A DNA stretch of 62,358 nt, the filler included. It is 7 parts of 7 records of this genome, joined end to end, with 100 filler letters (N's around TTAATTAATTAA, not from the genome) between each part and the next. Parts side by side here need not be neighbours in the genome. Positions count along the whole stretch, not along the records: positions 1 to 4,932 come from SRR20825010_6; positions 5,033 to 13,158 come from SRR20825010_7; 5 more parts are not named here. The stretch is one strand, 5' to 3'. The notes below the pieces were generated by a model. It saw nothing but the letters and a program-made list of their open reading frames with translations, had not been told where the DNA came from and did not search any database. A program made the translations under genes and the position numbers. Position 1 is the first letter of the stretch. Every line of letters begins with the position of its first letter. Positions 1 through 10,516 of this stretch are shown here, piece by piece.

Positions 1-1311
1 CTTTTCTTCGGCAGTAAATACATTCAACCATTTTTTACAAAAGGAATGCGAAGCATCCTTATTTTAGCTTCATTTGTGGCGTGTCTTGGTGTAACGTATT
101 ATGTGTTGCTACATCTTCCAATTATAGATTTTCGTCCTTATAAGATTGGTGCAAATATAACCGAAGGAATGTCTGTTCCTGAAGATGCACCAGCTCCTGT
201 TTTTGAATATAAATGGAAATTTAAAATCGATGGCGAAGAAAAAATTATTATTACAAATGGTGAATACCCGCAAGTGGATGGTGAGTTGATAGGTACAGAA
301 ACCGAAATGATTCAAGAAGGTTATGCGCCGCCTATTCACGATTTTACAATGGAACGCGACGGCGAGGATTTTACTACACAATTTTTAGAAGAAGAAAACC
401 TTGTAATCGTAATAGCATATAGCCTAGGAAATACCGAAAAAGATGGCTACATTCCTATAAAAACAGCAACAGATAAAGCAATAAAAAACGGCTATAATGT
501 AATCGGTCTTTCGGCATCTTCGCAAGAAATGACGGAAGCACTTGTAGATGAATACAAACTAAATTTCAAATTTTATTTCTGTGATGAAACCACTTTAAAA
601 ACTATTGTACGTAGCAATCCAGGGGTTTTAGAATTGGATAATGGAACTATAAAACAAAAACTTCACTGGAACGATATTCATAAATTGGCACTTCCTGTAG
701 TTGAAAATGCAAAACCTAAGTTGGATCTTTCGTTAAAACAACGTCTGGACAGTATTGCGGTTCTCGATCAAAAATACCGATCGTTGATGCAAGCTAGATC
801 TTTAGAAGAAAGAAAAAAGTTAGGCGAAAAAATGGGGCTTTCAGAAGCAGAGTATAGTGGCGATCTTGTAGGAATGCAAAGTGTGTTAGATAGTGTAAAC
901 ATGGTTTTTGTTGAAAAATATTTAAGAGAAAAAGGCTATCCAGGTAAATCGGTTGTTGGGGAAGATTCCAGTCTTATTGTTTGGAATGTTTTACAACACA
1001 ATCCAGAGAAAATCCCGCTGTTTTTACCTTTGGTTAAAAAAGCTGCGGAAGCAAATGAAATTCCAAAAACTTCTGCTGCAATGATGGAAGATAGGTATTT
1101 AATGATGGAAGGAAAGTTGCAAATTTACGGTACACAAGGAATGACGTTTGATGATGAAAGAGGGTCTTTTATTTGGCCAATAGAAAATGCTGAAACCGTT
1201 AACGAACGAAGAAAACAAGCTGGCTTTGATGAAACCATCGAAGCATATTCAAAGACACTTTTCGGAGACGATTTTGAATATGAGCCACGAACTTTGGATC
1301 AAGTAAAATAA
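1..1311 (+). CDS. BT_3928/DoxX-type membrane protein (5'-truncated) with a C-terminal DUF6624-like domain
   Basis: The frame is open from base 1. HLPIIDFRPYKIG and CDETTLKTIVRSNPG match the Bacteroidota BT_3928-type family. The C-terminal DQKYR...GYPGKSVVG...EDRYLM...QIYGTQ...VNERRK resembles DUF6624. Confidence 0.7.
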   Translation, partial: LFFGSKYIQPFFTKGMRSILILASFVACLGVTYYVLLHLPIIDFRPYKIGANITEGMSVPEDAPAPVFEYKWKFKIDGEEKIIITNGEYPQVDGELIGTETEMIQEGYAPPIHDFTMERDGEDFTTQFLEEENLVIVIAYSLGNTEKDGYIPIKTATDKAIKNGYNVIGLSASSQEMTEALVDEYKLNFKFYFCDETTLKTIVRSNPGVLELDNGTIKQKLHWNDIHKLALPVVENAKPKLDLSLKQRLDSIAVLDQKYRSLMQARSLEERKKLGEKMGLSEAEYSGDLVGMQSVLDSVNMVFVEKYLREKGYPGKSVVGEDSSLIVWNVLQHNPEKIPLFLPLVKKAAEANEIPKTSAAMMEDRYLMMEGKLQIYGTQGMTFDDERGSFIWPIENAETVNERRKQAGFDETIEAYSKTLFGDDFEYEPRTLDQVK

Positions 1312-1318
1312 TAAAATT

Positions 1319-2395
1319 TTGGTACGTTACATACTTCAAAAATTAGGATACGCACTGTTGACGTTGTTTGGAGTTGTAACCGTAATTTTTCTTCTTTTTA
1401 CAATTTTACCAGGCGATCCAGCCCGAATGATGCTGGGCCAAAATGAAACAGCAGAACAACTTGCCATTGTGAAAAAAAAATATGGTTTTGATCAGCCTGT
1501 TTCTGTGCAATACGTGCGGTATATAAACGATTTATCACCTATTTCATTTCACAGTAAAAACACAGATGATTACACCTTTCTTTCTGAAAAAAAGTATAGC
1601 GCAACAACCCTTTTTTCCATAGCAAATACAACAGTAGTTTTAAAGTTTCCGTATTTGCGTGAATCATTTCAGAAGAATGGAAAAAAAGTAAGCGAGGTTA
1701 TTGCCGAAACATTGCCAAATACTTTTATTTTGGCGGTTTCAGCAATTGTTATTGCAATGCTCATTGGAATATTTCTAGGGGTTATTTCCGTGTTATTTAA
1801 AGATAGATTTCTAGATAAATTTATCCAATTAACAAGTACGCTAGGGATGAGTGTTCCTTCGTTTTTTAGCGCCATTATTTTTGCATGGATTTTTGGATTT
1901 TTGCTTCATGAATACACAAATTTGAATATGACAGGAAGCTTGTATGAAGTAGATGATTTCGGTAACGGAAAACACATTCAATGGAAAAATTTAATACTCC
2001 CAGCAATCGTTCTAGGAATACGTCCGCTGGCAGTTGTAAGTCAATTAATGCGAAATTCATTGCTCGAAGTTTTAAACCAAGATTATATTCGCACCGCAAA
2101 AGCGAAAGGTCTTTCTTCGTATCAGATTATTAAAAAACATGCACTTAAAAACTCGTTAAACCCTGTTGTTACAGCAATTTCAGGATGGTTTGCTTCCATG
2201 CTGGCAGGTGCAGTTTTTGTGGAATATATATTTGGATGGAATGGTTTGGGTAAAGAGATTGTAAATGCTTTAAACACATTAGATTTGCCAATAATTATGG
2301 GTTCTGTCCTCGTAATAGCCACATTGTTTATTTTAATCAATATTTTTGTCGATATTATTTATGGCTGGCTGGATCCGAAAATAAGTAGGCAATAG
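1319..2395 (+). CDS. Peptide/nickel ABC transporter permease (DppB/OppB-like)
   Basis: TTG start, LPGDPARMMLG, EAA-loop region DYIRTAKAKGLS, and VEYIFGWNGLG. Confidence 0.9.
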   Translation: MVRYILQKLGYALLTLFGVVTVIFLLFTILPGDPARMMLGQNETAEQLAIVKKKYGFDQPVSVQYVRYINDLSPISFHSKNTDDYTFLSEKKYSATTLFSIANTTVVLKFPYLRESFQKNGKKVSEVIAETLPNTFILAVSAIVIAMLIGIFLGVISVLFKDRFLDKFIQLTSTLGMSVPSFFSAIIFAWIFGFLLHEYTNLNMTGSLYEVDDFGNGKHIQWKNLILPAIVLGIRPLAVVSQLMRNSLLEVLNQDYIRTAKAKGLSSYQIIKKHALKNSLNPVVTAISGWFASMLAGAVFVEYIFGWNGLGKEIVNALNTLDLPIIMGSVLVIATLFILINIFVDIIYGWLDPKISRQ

Positions 2396-2456
2396 TTATT
2401 TTACAGTAGGTTAGAATTTAAAAAATACCAGTTAATTAGTTTTAAAATTAATTTTT

Positions 2457-2933
2457 ATGAAAACAATCGTTGTCTTTTTATTATTCGTCGCTTTCGCGCA
2501 AGCACAACAAACAGCTTTTACTGAAGAAGCTTTGGGTGAAAAATTTCTTTCAGAAAACAATGAAGAAATTTCGTTTTCAGAAATCTTGAAGCTACACCAA
2601 GGCAAAACTATTTTTATAGATATTTGGGCCAGTTGGTGTAAAGATTGTATTGTTGGAATGCCAAAAGTTCAAAATCTTCGTGAAAAAAATCCAGAAATCG
2701 TGTTTCTATTTCTTTCCTTAGATAAAGAAACGAGTAGCTGGAAAAATGGTATTAAAAAATATAATGTTGTTGGTGAAAACTACTTTATTAAAGAAGGTTG
2801 GAAAGGCGAATTTTGTTCTTCCATAGACCTAGATTGGATTCCTAGATATATGGTTGTTAATCCTAAAGGAGAGATTAGTCTTTACAAAGCCATTGAAACG
2901 AACGACGAAAACCTTATAAAAGCATTAAAATGA
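2457..2933 (+). CDS. TlpA-family thiol:disulfide oxidoreductase
   Basis: Signal peptide, IDIWASWCKDC CxxC motif and cis-Pro WIPRY. Confidence 0.85.
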   Translation: MKTIVVFLLFVAFAQAQQTAFTEEALGEKFLSENNEEISFSEILKLHQGKTIFIDIWASWCKDCIVGMPKVQNLREKNPEIVFLFLSLDKETSSWKNGIKKYNVVGENYFIKEGWKGEFCSSIDLDWIPRYMVVNPKGEISLYKAIETNDENLIKALK

Positions 2934-3679
2934 GAAAGAATATAGTAGCAGGAAACTGGAAAATGAATAATGATTTGGCCGAAACTGAAATGTTTTTGGT
3001 TGATTTAAAAAAGCAAGTATTTCCAGAGAATGTAGTTGTAATGGTGGCTCCACCATTTACAAGTTTAAATCATACATTCAATTCGTTGCGGGAACATCCT
3101 GTAACAATTGCAGCACAGAATATGCATCAAAGTAACGAAGGCGCTTTCACTGGCGAAGTTTCAGCAAAAATGCTTAAAAGTGTAGGTGTAAATACGGTTA
3201 TTTTGGGGCATAGCGAACGCCGTGCTTATTTTAATGAAGACGGTAGTTTGCTTGCTGAAAAAGTAAATACGGCCTTAGAAAATAAGATGACTGTTATTTT
3301 TTGTATAGGGGAAGAATTAGCGGATAGAAAGGCTGCAAATCATTTTTCATTAATTGAAAAACAGCTTTCAGAAGGGCTTTTTCATATTTCTGATGCTGCT
3401 TGGGAAAATGTAATTATTGCTTACGAACCTGTTTGGGCAATTGGTACCGGCGAAACTGCGAGCCCTGAACAGGCACAAGAAATGCACCAATTTATCAGAA
3501 AAACTATTAGTGAAAAATATAATGAAGCGATTGCTGAAAAAGTTTCAATACTCTATGGAGGAAGTGTAAAACCAGACAATGCCACTGAAATTTTTGGACA
3601 AGCAGACGTTGATGGTGGTTTAATTGGTGGAGCTTCACTAAAAGTGGATAGTTTTATGAAAATTGTAAATGCATTTTAA
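2930..3679 (+). CDS. tpiA: Triosephosphate isomerase
   Basis: AGNWKMN, GHSERR, AYEPVWAIGTG and YGGSVKP motifs. Confidence 0.98.
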   Translation: MRKNIVAGNWKMNNDLAETEMFLVDLKKQVFPENVVVMVAPPFTSLNHTFNSLREHPVTIAAQNMHQSNEGAFTGEVSAKMLKSVGVNTVILGHSERRAYFNEDGSLLAEKVNTALENKMTVIFCIGEELADRKAANHFSLIEKQLSEGLFHISDAAWENVIIAYEPVWAIGTGETASPEQAQEMHQFIRKTISEKYNEAIAEKVSILYGGSVKPDNATEIFGQADVDGGLIGGASLKVDSFMKIVNAF

Positions 3680-4512
3680 TGTCACAGATTTATATAGGAT
3701 ACGATTTTAAAGTAACTCCGCTTCAGCCAGGAACAGAGATTCTCATTGCTGAATTAGGTTATGCAGGTTTTGAAAGTTTTGTGGAAACCGAAGATGGGGT
3801 TACAGCATACATTCAAAAAGAAGAGTGGAATGATGCTATTTTGGGAGATATAAATATTCTTCAATCAGCGGAATTTAAAATTACCCACACTTTTTCAGAA
3901 ATCGAGCAAATAAACTGGAATGCAGAATGGGAAAAGAATTTTGACCCCATTGAAGTAGCTGGTAAATGCACTGTTCGAGCGCCATTTCATCCAGCTAAAA
4001 ATTTTGAGTATGAAATCGTGATAGAGCCTAAAATGTCTTTCGGAACTGGGCATCACGAAACTACTTTTATGATGCTTCAGTTTATACTCGAAAACAATTT
4101 TGAAGGAAAATCAGTTCTAGATATGGGTTGCGGCACTGCTGTTTTAGCTATATTAGCTGAAATGCGCGGAGCTTCAAAACTAGAAGCAATTGATATTGAT
4201 GAATGGTGTTTTGAAAATTCCGCAGAAAACATAGAAAGAAATAATTGCAAAAACATTTCTGTTTATTTGGGGGATGCTTCCTTGCTTAGTGGTAGAAAGT
4301 ATGATGTTATTATAGCAAATATAAACAGAAACATACTTTTAAACGATATGGAAACCTATCGCACAAGTTTAAACGATAATGGAACTCTTTATTTAAGCGG
4401 GTTTTATAATGAGGATTTACCTATCATCACAGAATGTTGCAATAATTTAGGACTTACTTTCGTTGAAAACAAAGAGAAAAACAAATGGGTTGCCGCTAAG
4501 TTTAATAATTAG
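3679..4512 (+). CDS. prmA: 50S ribosomal protein L11 methyltransferase
   Basis: IEPKMSFGTGHHETT, VLDMGCGTAVLAI and ANINRN. Confidence 0.95.
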   Translation: MSQIYIGYDFKVTPLQPGTEILIAELGYAGFESFVETEDGVTAYIQKEEWNDAILGDINILQSAEFKITHTFSEIEQINWNAEWEKNFDPIEVAGKCTVRAPFHPAKNFEYEIVIEPKMSFGTGHHETTFMMLQFILENNFEGKSVLDMGCGTAVLAILAEMRGASKLEAIDIDEWCFENSAENIERNNCKNISVYLGDASLLSGRKYDVIIANINRNILLNDMETYRTSLNDNGTLYLSGFYNEDLPIITECCNNLGLTFVENKEKNKWVAAKFNN

Positions 4513-4546
4513 TAAATTTAGTACGTTTTAGAATTTTATAAAGATT

Positions 4547-4822
4547 ATGAGTACCAAGGAAAAGATTCAGGAAGATGTTTCGGTTGCTGAAAAAGAAAGC
4601 AATCAAAATGAAATTGTGCTGTACAATGACGATGTAAACACATTTGATCACGTAATAAATAGCTTAATATTTGCTTGCGAACACACACCAGAACAAGCAG
4701 AACAATGCTCAATCATTGTTCATTATAAAGGAAAGTGTACTGTTAAAACAGGCGGTCTCAATGAGTTAAAGCCGCGATGTACTATGCTTTTAGAAGCTGG
4801 TTTGAGTGCCGAAATAATTTAA
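4547..4822 (+). CDS. clpS: ATP-dependent Clp protease adaptor ClpS
   Basis: VLYNDDVNTFDHV and VHYKGKCTV. Confidence 0.9.
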   Translation: MSTKEKIQEDVSVAEKESNQNEIVLYNDDVNTFDHVINSLIFACEHTPEQAEQCSIIVHYKGKCTVKTGGLNELKPRCTMLLEAGLSAEII

Positions 4823-4867
4823 TAAATATTTTTTTAAAATGGTTGTTTTAATGTGAGCTATTTTTTT

Positions 4868-4875
4868 TACATTTG
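4868..4875 (+). promoter_or_regulatory. Bacteroidota -7 promoter element for the tRNA
   Basis: TACATTTG matches TAnnTTTG and ends 11 nt before the tRNA 5' end. Confidence 0.7.
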
Positions 4876-4886
4876 CACCCCAATAT

Positions 4887-4932
4887 GGCCTTGTGGCGCA
4901 ACTGAATAGCGCACCTGATTACGGCTCAGGAG
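4887..4932 (+). tRNA. tRNA-Arg(ACG), 3' half cut off by the contig end
   Basis: GGCCTTG acceptor 5' strand, D-arm GCGC-AACTGAATA-GCGC, anticodon arm CCTGA-TTACGGC-TCAGG with ACG at 4921-4923. Confidence 0.9.
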
Positions 4933-5032
4933 NNNNNNNNNNNNNNNNNNNNNNNNNNNNNNNNNNNNNNNNNNNNTTAATTAATTAANNNNNNNNNNNN
5001 NNNNNNNNNNNNNNNNNNNNNNNNNNNNNNNN
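4933..5032. other. Artificial contig-joining spacer
   Basis: N44-TTAATTAATTAA-N44, which places stops in all frames. Confidence 0.99.
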
Positions 5033-5520
5033 ATTGCATACTTGCTTGCGGTATAGGCTGTACGAGCTGGAGTACCACGAAAGCCATTAATTGATGAAAT
5101 CCCAATCACAGTTCCTTTGTTTTCCACGATGGAAGGAAGACAAAATTTAGTTGCATAGACAGTACCCCAAAAATTAGTGTCAATCACTTTATGAAAGACT
5201 TCAAAATCAAGGTTTTCAAATAGTGCTCGCATTGAGATGCCTGCATTATTTATCAAGATATCTATTTTGCCAAATTCTGCCAGCACAGTCTCTGACATCC
5301 GTTCGTTGTCCGCAACTACACTTGCATCGGCCAAAATCGCTAACACAGCAATACCTTCTGCTGCAAGTTTTGCCTTGCTAGCATCCAATTTATCTTGATT
5401 CCTGCCAGTAATGGCGATTTTAGCGCCAGCTTTGCCAAAAATCCTTGCGCAGGACTCTCCTATTCCAGAAGTGGCACCTGTAACAATAACTACTTTATCT
5501 TTAAGACTATCTTGTTTCAT
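5033..5520 (-). CDS. SDR-family oxidoreductase (3'-truncated)
   Basis: TGATSGIG, NNAG and YTASK. Upstream TATCTTTG promoter element at 5529-5536 (-). Confidence 0.92.
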
Positions 5521-5774
5521 TGATCGTACAAAGATACTGAATTTGTCATTTCTAAATTTTGAGTTCGAGTATCAAAAAAACAACCAACTTGAATCATTTT
5601 AATATCTCAAACAAAATTTAAGATTGCACACCGAACATTTTTTAACCCAGAAACCCTTTTTAAAGTTTTCTAAAAGAATAATATTTCACTTGGTCAATAA
5701 TTTTAAAAACGATATAAATCATCTGTTGGATCTGGAATTCACTATTAAAGGCAAATTTTCCTAATTTTGCGCCC

Positions 5775-7181
5775 ATGTCGCGAAAAATGAAAAACAAAGT
5801 GATTACCAACCTACTCATCGAGCGTATCGCTTCGGAGGGAAAATGCTTGGGACATCATGAGGAGAAAGTGGTTTTTGTAACGGGCGTAGCGCCTGGAGAT
5901 GTGGTAGATGTAAGAATCACCAAGGGAAAAAGCTCTTTTATGGAAGGAGAACCAGTAAATTTCCACGAGTATTCCAAAGAAAGAATTGATCCTTTTTGCT
6001 CTCACTTTGGCACTTGTGGTGGTTGTAAATGGCAACACATCAATTATGATCTGCAGAAAACTTACAAGCGGCAGCAGGTTTTGGATCAGTTTCAGCGAAT
6101 CGCTAAAGTAGAAATACCAGAGGTGATGCCCACTTTAGGTTCTGAAAAAACCCGCTACTATAGAAATAAGCTTGATTTCACTTTTTCTAACAAAAAGTGG
6201 TTGACGGTGGAGCAGATCCAATCAGGGGAAGATTTTGACAGAAGTGCTCTGGGATTTCATATCCCAAAGATGTTTGATAAAATCGTCGATGTGGATCACT
6301 GTTACCTACAGGGAAATATCTCGAATGATGTCAGAAATGAATTGAGAACTTTTGCGCTAGCGAATGGACTTACCTTCTATGATATTAGAGGACAAGTTGG
6401 ACTACTTCGCAACCTCATCATCCGAACCACCAGCACTGAGCAATCTATGGTGATCGTGCAATTCGGAGAAGATGATCCAGAAGGAATTCAGAAAGTCATG
6501 GAATTCTTAAATGAGAAATTCCCTCAAATCACCTCTTTGCTGTATGTGATTAACACCAAAGGAAACGAGACTTTCCATGATCTAGACTTAGTTACTTTCT
6601 CAGGAAATGACTTCATCGAGGAAGAAATGGAAGGTTTGAGATTCCGTATCGGGCCAAAATCCTTCTACCAAACCAATTCAGAACAAGCATATGAACTATA
6701 TAAAGTTGCCCGTGATTTCGCGGATTTACAGGGTGATGAGGTAGTTTATGATCTCTACACCGGAACTGGCACCATTGCTAATTTCGTAGCCAAAAAAGCC
6801 AAACAGGTAATCGGTATCGAGTATGTGCCGGCTGCGATCGAAGATGCGAAAATCAATTCCCAGATCAACGGGATCGACAATACACTCTTCTATGCGGGCG
6901 ATATGAAAGATATGTTGAACGATGAATTCATCGCAAATCATGCAGCGCCAGACTTGATCATCACCGATCCTCCGCGTGCGGGAATGGATGAAAAAGTAGT
7001 GCAGATGCTCTTGAGATTGAACGCTCCGAAGATCGTATACGTATCCTGCAACCCAGCCACACAGGCTAGAGATGTAGCTCTTTTGAGTGAAAAATATAAA
7101 GTGGAAAAGATACAGCCAGTGGACATGTTCCCACAAACGTATCACGTAGAAAATGTCGTACTCTTAACGCTCAAATCATGA
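5775..7181 (+). CDS. rlmD: 23S rRNA (uracil-1939-C5)-methyltransferase RlmD
   Basis: TRAM N-terminus, CSHFGTCGGC Fe-S motif, SFYQTN, DPPRAG, YVSCNPATQARD and DMFPQT. Confidence 0.95.
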   Translation: MSRKMKNKVITNLLIERIASEGKCLGHHEEKVVFVTGVAPGDVVDVRITKGKSSFMEGEPVNFHEYSKERIDPFCSHFGTCGGCKWQHINYDLQKTYKRQQVLDQFQRIAKVEIPEVMPTLGSEKTRYYRNKLDFTFSNKKWLTVEQIQSGEDFDRSALGFHIPKMFDKIVDVDHCYLQGNISNDVRNELRTFALANGLTFYDIRGQVGLLRNLIIRTTSTEQSMVIVQFGEDDPEGIQKVMEFLNEKFPQITSLLYVINTKGNETFHDLDLVTFSGNDFIEEEMEGLRFRIGPKSFYQTNSEQAYELYKVARDFADLQGDEVVYDLYTGTGTIANFVAKKAKQVIGIEYVPAAIEDAKINSQINGIDNTLFYAGDMKDMLNDEFIANHAAPDLIITDPPRAGMDEKVVQMLLRLNAPKIVYVSCNPATQARDVALLSEKYKVEKIQPVDMFPQTYHVENVVLLTLKS

Positions 7182-7555
7182 TATCAGATTTCAACGATCC
7201 AGAATTAAGCGGAAAATATCTGGGCACAATCACTAGTGATTTTATAAAAATATCAGACACGCTCAAGGAGGCTTCTTATCAAATCAGAACTCGGAAATTC
7301 TCTGATTATCCGATTTTCCCTATCTCCAAAGACATGCAGCCTATAGGCAAAATCTTTGTAGGGAAAGACGAAAAAGATCTAGACTGGAATTACTTCATGA
7401 CTTACTTAGATGAGTTTGTACAGCGCAAACTGATCGCGGAAGAATCATTGGAAGATTTCCAAAAAGCGTATAAAGACCCAGATGAGTTTTGCTGTCTATT
7501 TGTTATGGATGGTGCGTTTACGAGTTTCGTTTACTTACCGTATCCAAACGATTAA
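7178..7555 (+). CDS. Conserved hypothetical protein
   Basis: 125-aa ORF coupled to the rlmD stop (ATGA overlap) and followed by a terminator. Confidence 0.75.
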   Translation: MISDFNDPELSGKYLGTITSDFIKISDTLKEASYQIRTRKFSDYPIFPISKDMQPIGKIFVGKDEKDLDWNYFMTYLDEFVQRKLIAEESLEDFQKAYKDPDEFCCLFVMDGAFTSFVYLPYPND

Positions 7556-7598
7556 AGAAAAGAGGCTGTCCCAAAAAATTTGAGACAGCCTTCTTTTT
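7555..7598. terminator. Bidirectional intrinsic terminator
   Basis: AGGCTGTC...GACAGCCT stem with A and T tracts, between convergent genes. Confidence 0.8.
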
Positions 7599-8889
7599 AT
7601 TCAATAGCAGAAAATACCATCTGCCGGAACTTCCAAGCCGACTCATCGCCCGTTCCTCCTTGGGTCTGCTTCATCAATATCCCGATGGTATTAGTCACTG
7701 GATCTGCGAAATACTGTGTATTAAAATAACCGCCCCAGTCAAACGTACCGAGGCTTCCGATTCCTCCCTGAGCGACTCCATTTTCGTCTACTAGTCCAAA
7801 GGCAAGTCCATAGTCCTTTCCTCCATTACCTAACAAATCACCCACTTGATTGGACATAATGGCTTTGATAGTAGTCGGGCTCAATAATCTAGTGCCATTG
7901 TAAACTCCTCCGTTCAGATACATCTGAAGGAATTTCGCATAATCCTCTGCTGTCGAAGAAAGTCCAGCTCCTCCAGAGAAGAAGGTCTTTGCTCCAGTTT
8001 TAGGGTAATCCGGATTATAGAAAGTCACAGGGAATGATTCCCATTGATTATCTATCTTTCGGTGAATTGTCACCAACTTCTTCCCTTGAGCTTCATTCAA
8101 GTAGAAGCCAGTATTTTTCATCCCAATTGGATCAAAAATCCGCGTTTGCAAAAACTCGTCAAAAGGCATTCCTGAGATGATTTCCACAAAATACCCCATT
8201 ACATCAAGTCCTAGGCTGTAAGTATATTTCGAGCCTGGTTCGTGATGAAGCGGAAGCTTTGCGAGTTTTTTAATGTTATCAGCAATTTTAACTGGCTCAG
8301 TTGTGAACAGATCCACAATCCCTGCTTTTTGATAAATCATTTTCATCTGCTCATTACCATCGATCATTCCATAGCCAAGTCCAGAAGTGTGCGTAAGTAG
8401 ATGTCTTATCGTAATCTCACGCGGTGAAGGCTTAGTGGAATAGGAAGAATCTCCGTAGCGGAATCCTGTCAAGATCTGTGGATTGGCAAACTCAGGAATG
8501 TATTTAGAAATCGGATCGTCTAGCTTAAACTTCCCTTCTTCCCAAAGCATCATCACGGCAGTAGAAGTAATTGCTTTGGACTGGGATGCAATTCTAAAAA
8601 TCTGATCTTTTGCCATTTTAGTACCTGAAGGCACGTCTGCAAGTCCTTTGGCTTCATGGTAGACTATCTTCCCATCTTTTACAATTAGAGCTACTAATCC
8701 CGGAACTTGATTAGCACTCAATGTCTGATCTAGCATTTGATCAATTCTTTCTAATCGTTCAGATGAGATTCCTTTTAAAGTCTGCTTTCCTTGTAGCTCA
8801 AGACTGGTTGAGGGAGTCTGGGCAAATAGGTTACTGGTAAAAAGCAGCAGTACTAGAGTATAACTGTATATTGAAAAATACTTTTTCAT
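7597..8889 (-). CDS. Serine hydrolase, beta-lactamase/AmpC-like family
   Basis: FRIASQSK (SxxK), LLTHTSGL, YTYS and WGG. The start is moved to MKKYF (8889), which begins a signal peptide. Confidence 0.88.
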   Translation of the reverse strand: MKKYFSIYSYTLVLLLFTSNLFAQTPSTSLELQGKQTLKGISSERLERIDQMLDQTLSANQVPGLVALIVKDGKIVYHEAKGLADVPSGTKMAKDQIFRIASQSKAITSTAVMMLWEEGKFKLDDPISKYIPEFANPQILTGFRYGDSSYSTKPSPREITIRHLLTHTSGLGYGMIDGNEQMKMIYQKAGIVDLFTTEPVKIADNIKKLAKLPLHHEPGSKYTYSLGLDVMGYFVEIISGMPFDEFLQTRIFDPIGMKNTGFYLNEAQGKKLVTIHRKIDNQWESFPVTFYNPDYPKTGAKTFFSGGAGLSSTAEDYAKFLQMYLNGGVYNGTRLLSPTTIKAIMSNQVGDLLGNGGKDYGLAFGLVDENGVAQGGIGSLGTFDWGGYFNTQYFADPVTNTIGILMKQTQGGTGDESAWKFRQMVFSAIE

Positions 8890-8960
8890 AGGTCGTGGGT
8901 TTGATTGAAAAGTAAAGTAGTAAATCTGCCCCAAAAATCTATCCGGCTACACATAATGAC

Positions 8961-8994
8961 AAAAAAAACAGGCTGATGAAAATTCACCAGCCTG
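8961..8994 (-). terminator. Intrinsic terminator of the HtrA gene
   Basis: Minus strand CAGGCTGGTGAA-TT-TTCATCAGCCTG followed by T8. Confidence 0.85.
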
Positions 8995-9019
8995 CATATA
9001 CTTTTATTAATGAATGCTA

Positions 9020-10516
9020 TTAGTCTATCTCAAAGTAATATTCCGTCCCATCTTGGAACATGCCAAGAACGACGATATCTTCCCCTTCGGTATCCTCCAA
9101 CACTTCGAGGAGATTTTCGACATCTGATATTTTCTTTCTGCCACTTTCTGTCATGATAGAGGTAATAATAAATCCGGGGCGCGCTCCAGACCTTCTCCAT
9201 TTTTCTCCAGAAACAGATGCAATCAAAGCTCCACCACTTAGCTTAAGTTGCTCTTTTACAGTATCGGGCACCTCTTCAAAATTCACACCTTGAAATGCAT
9301 AGGTTTTAGGAATTACTTTTTTAACAATATCTGTGGTACCAGAGAAATTCTTAAGTGTCACTTTGGTTTTATTGGCTTTACCATCACGGAGATACTCAAC
9401 TTCAACTTTATCACCTGGGCGTTTCCTTGCCACCATTTCTTGAAGAGTAGCGACACTATTGGTCACTTTACCATCCAAACTTATGATGATATCACCTTGC
9501 TTCAGTCCTGCCTCTTCACCTCCACTTTTTTCATTTACACTTCCGATATACACTCCTTGCTCAACTGGCAATTCATAGCCTAACTGATCAGAAAGCTCAG
9601 GACTAACATTTAAAATACTTACACCTAACAATGCTCTCTGCGCAGTACCATACTGCATAAGGTCATCCATTACTTTCTTCACTAGCGTACTTGGGACAGC
9701 AAATGAATATCCGCTGAAAGTACCCGTACTACTCGCAATTGCCGTGTTGATTCCAATCAATTCGCCGGCAAGATTTACTAGTGCTCCACCTGAATTACCT
9801 GGATTGACCACTGCGTCAGTTTGCAAAAAGGCTTCAATTGCAAGGTTATTATCTAAGATTCTTATATTTCTTGCTTTGGCAGAAATAATCCCAGCTGTAA
9901 CTGTAGAGTTCAAATCAAATGGATTACCTACTGCAAGAACCCATTCCCCTATTTTAGTTTTATCAGAATCACCAAATCTCACAAATGGCAATCCCTCTGC
10001 ATCGATCTTCAACAATGCCAAATCAGTCGTAGGATCTGTTCCAATAACTTTGGCAGTGTAACGCTTATTGTTATCTAATGAAATCTCCAATCTAGTAGCA
10101 TTTTCTACTACATGATTGTTTGTCACTATATAGCCATCAGGAGAAATGATAACTCCAGAACCCGAGCTCATAGTCGTTGGGCCTTGTTGGCTTCCACCTC
10201 CTTGATTATCTCTTGGAGGTATCCCAAAATACTCTTGAATTGGATCTCGCTGGCTTCTACCTCTGCTGGTATACGAAACCTGGCTTTTCACATGGACTAC
10301 GGCGGGCACTACAGCCTCCGCAGAAGCCACAAAGTTGATCCCATCAGGAACGGTAAAATCTTCACCAGAAAGTAAGTTTACGAAACTGGCTTGCTGCTTT
10401 TCATCAAAGCTGGTAGCATTTTGTGGTTGTACGAGAAAGCTAAGCCCTGCTAAGGCGACGATGCCTCCGATTAAAGAGGCAAGAAGGATTCCCAGAAAGA
10501 ATTGTCTTTTGCTCAT
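9020..10516 (-). CDS. HtrA/DegP-family serine protease with PDZ domains
   Basis: TNNHVV, DLALLK and GNSGGAL triad motifs, N-terminal membrane anchor, C-terminal PDZ-like regions. Confidence 0.95.
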   Translation of the reverse strand: MSKRQFFLGILLASLIGGIVALAGLSFLVQPQNATSFDEKQQASFVNLLSGEDFTVPDGINFVASAEAVVPAVVHVKSQVSYTSRGRSQRDPIQEYFGIPPRDNQGGGSQQGPTTMSSGSGVIISPDGYIVTNNHVVENATRLEISLDNNKRYTAKVIGTDPTTDLALLKIDAEGLPFVRFGDSDKTKIGEWVLAVGNPFDLNSTVTAGIISAKARNIRILDNNLAIEAFLQTDAVVNPGNSGGALVNLAGELIGINTAIASSTGTFSGYSFAVPSTLVKKVMDDLMQYGTAQRALLGVSILNVSPELSDQLGYELPVEQGVYIGSVNEKSGGEEAGLKQGDIIISLDGKVTNSVATLQEMVARKRPGDKVEVEYLRDGKANKTKVTLKNFSGTTDIVKKVIPKTYAFQGVNFEEVPDTVKEQLKLSGGALIASVSGEKWRRSGARPGFIITSIMTESGRKKISDVENLLEVLEDTEGEDIVVLGMFQDGTEYYFEID

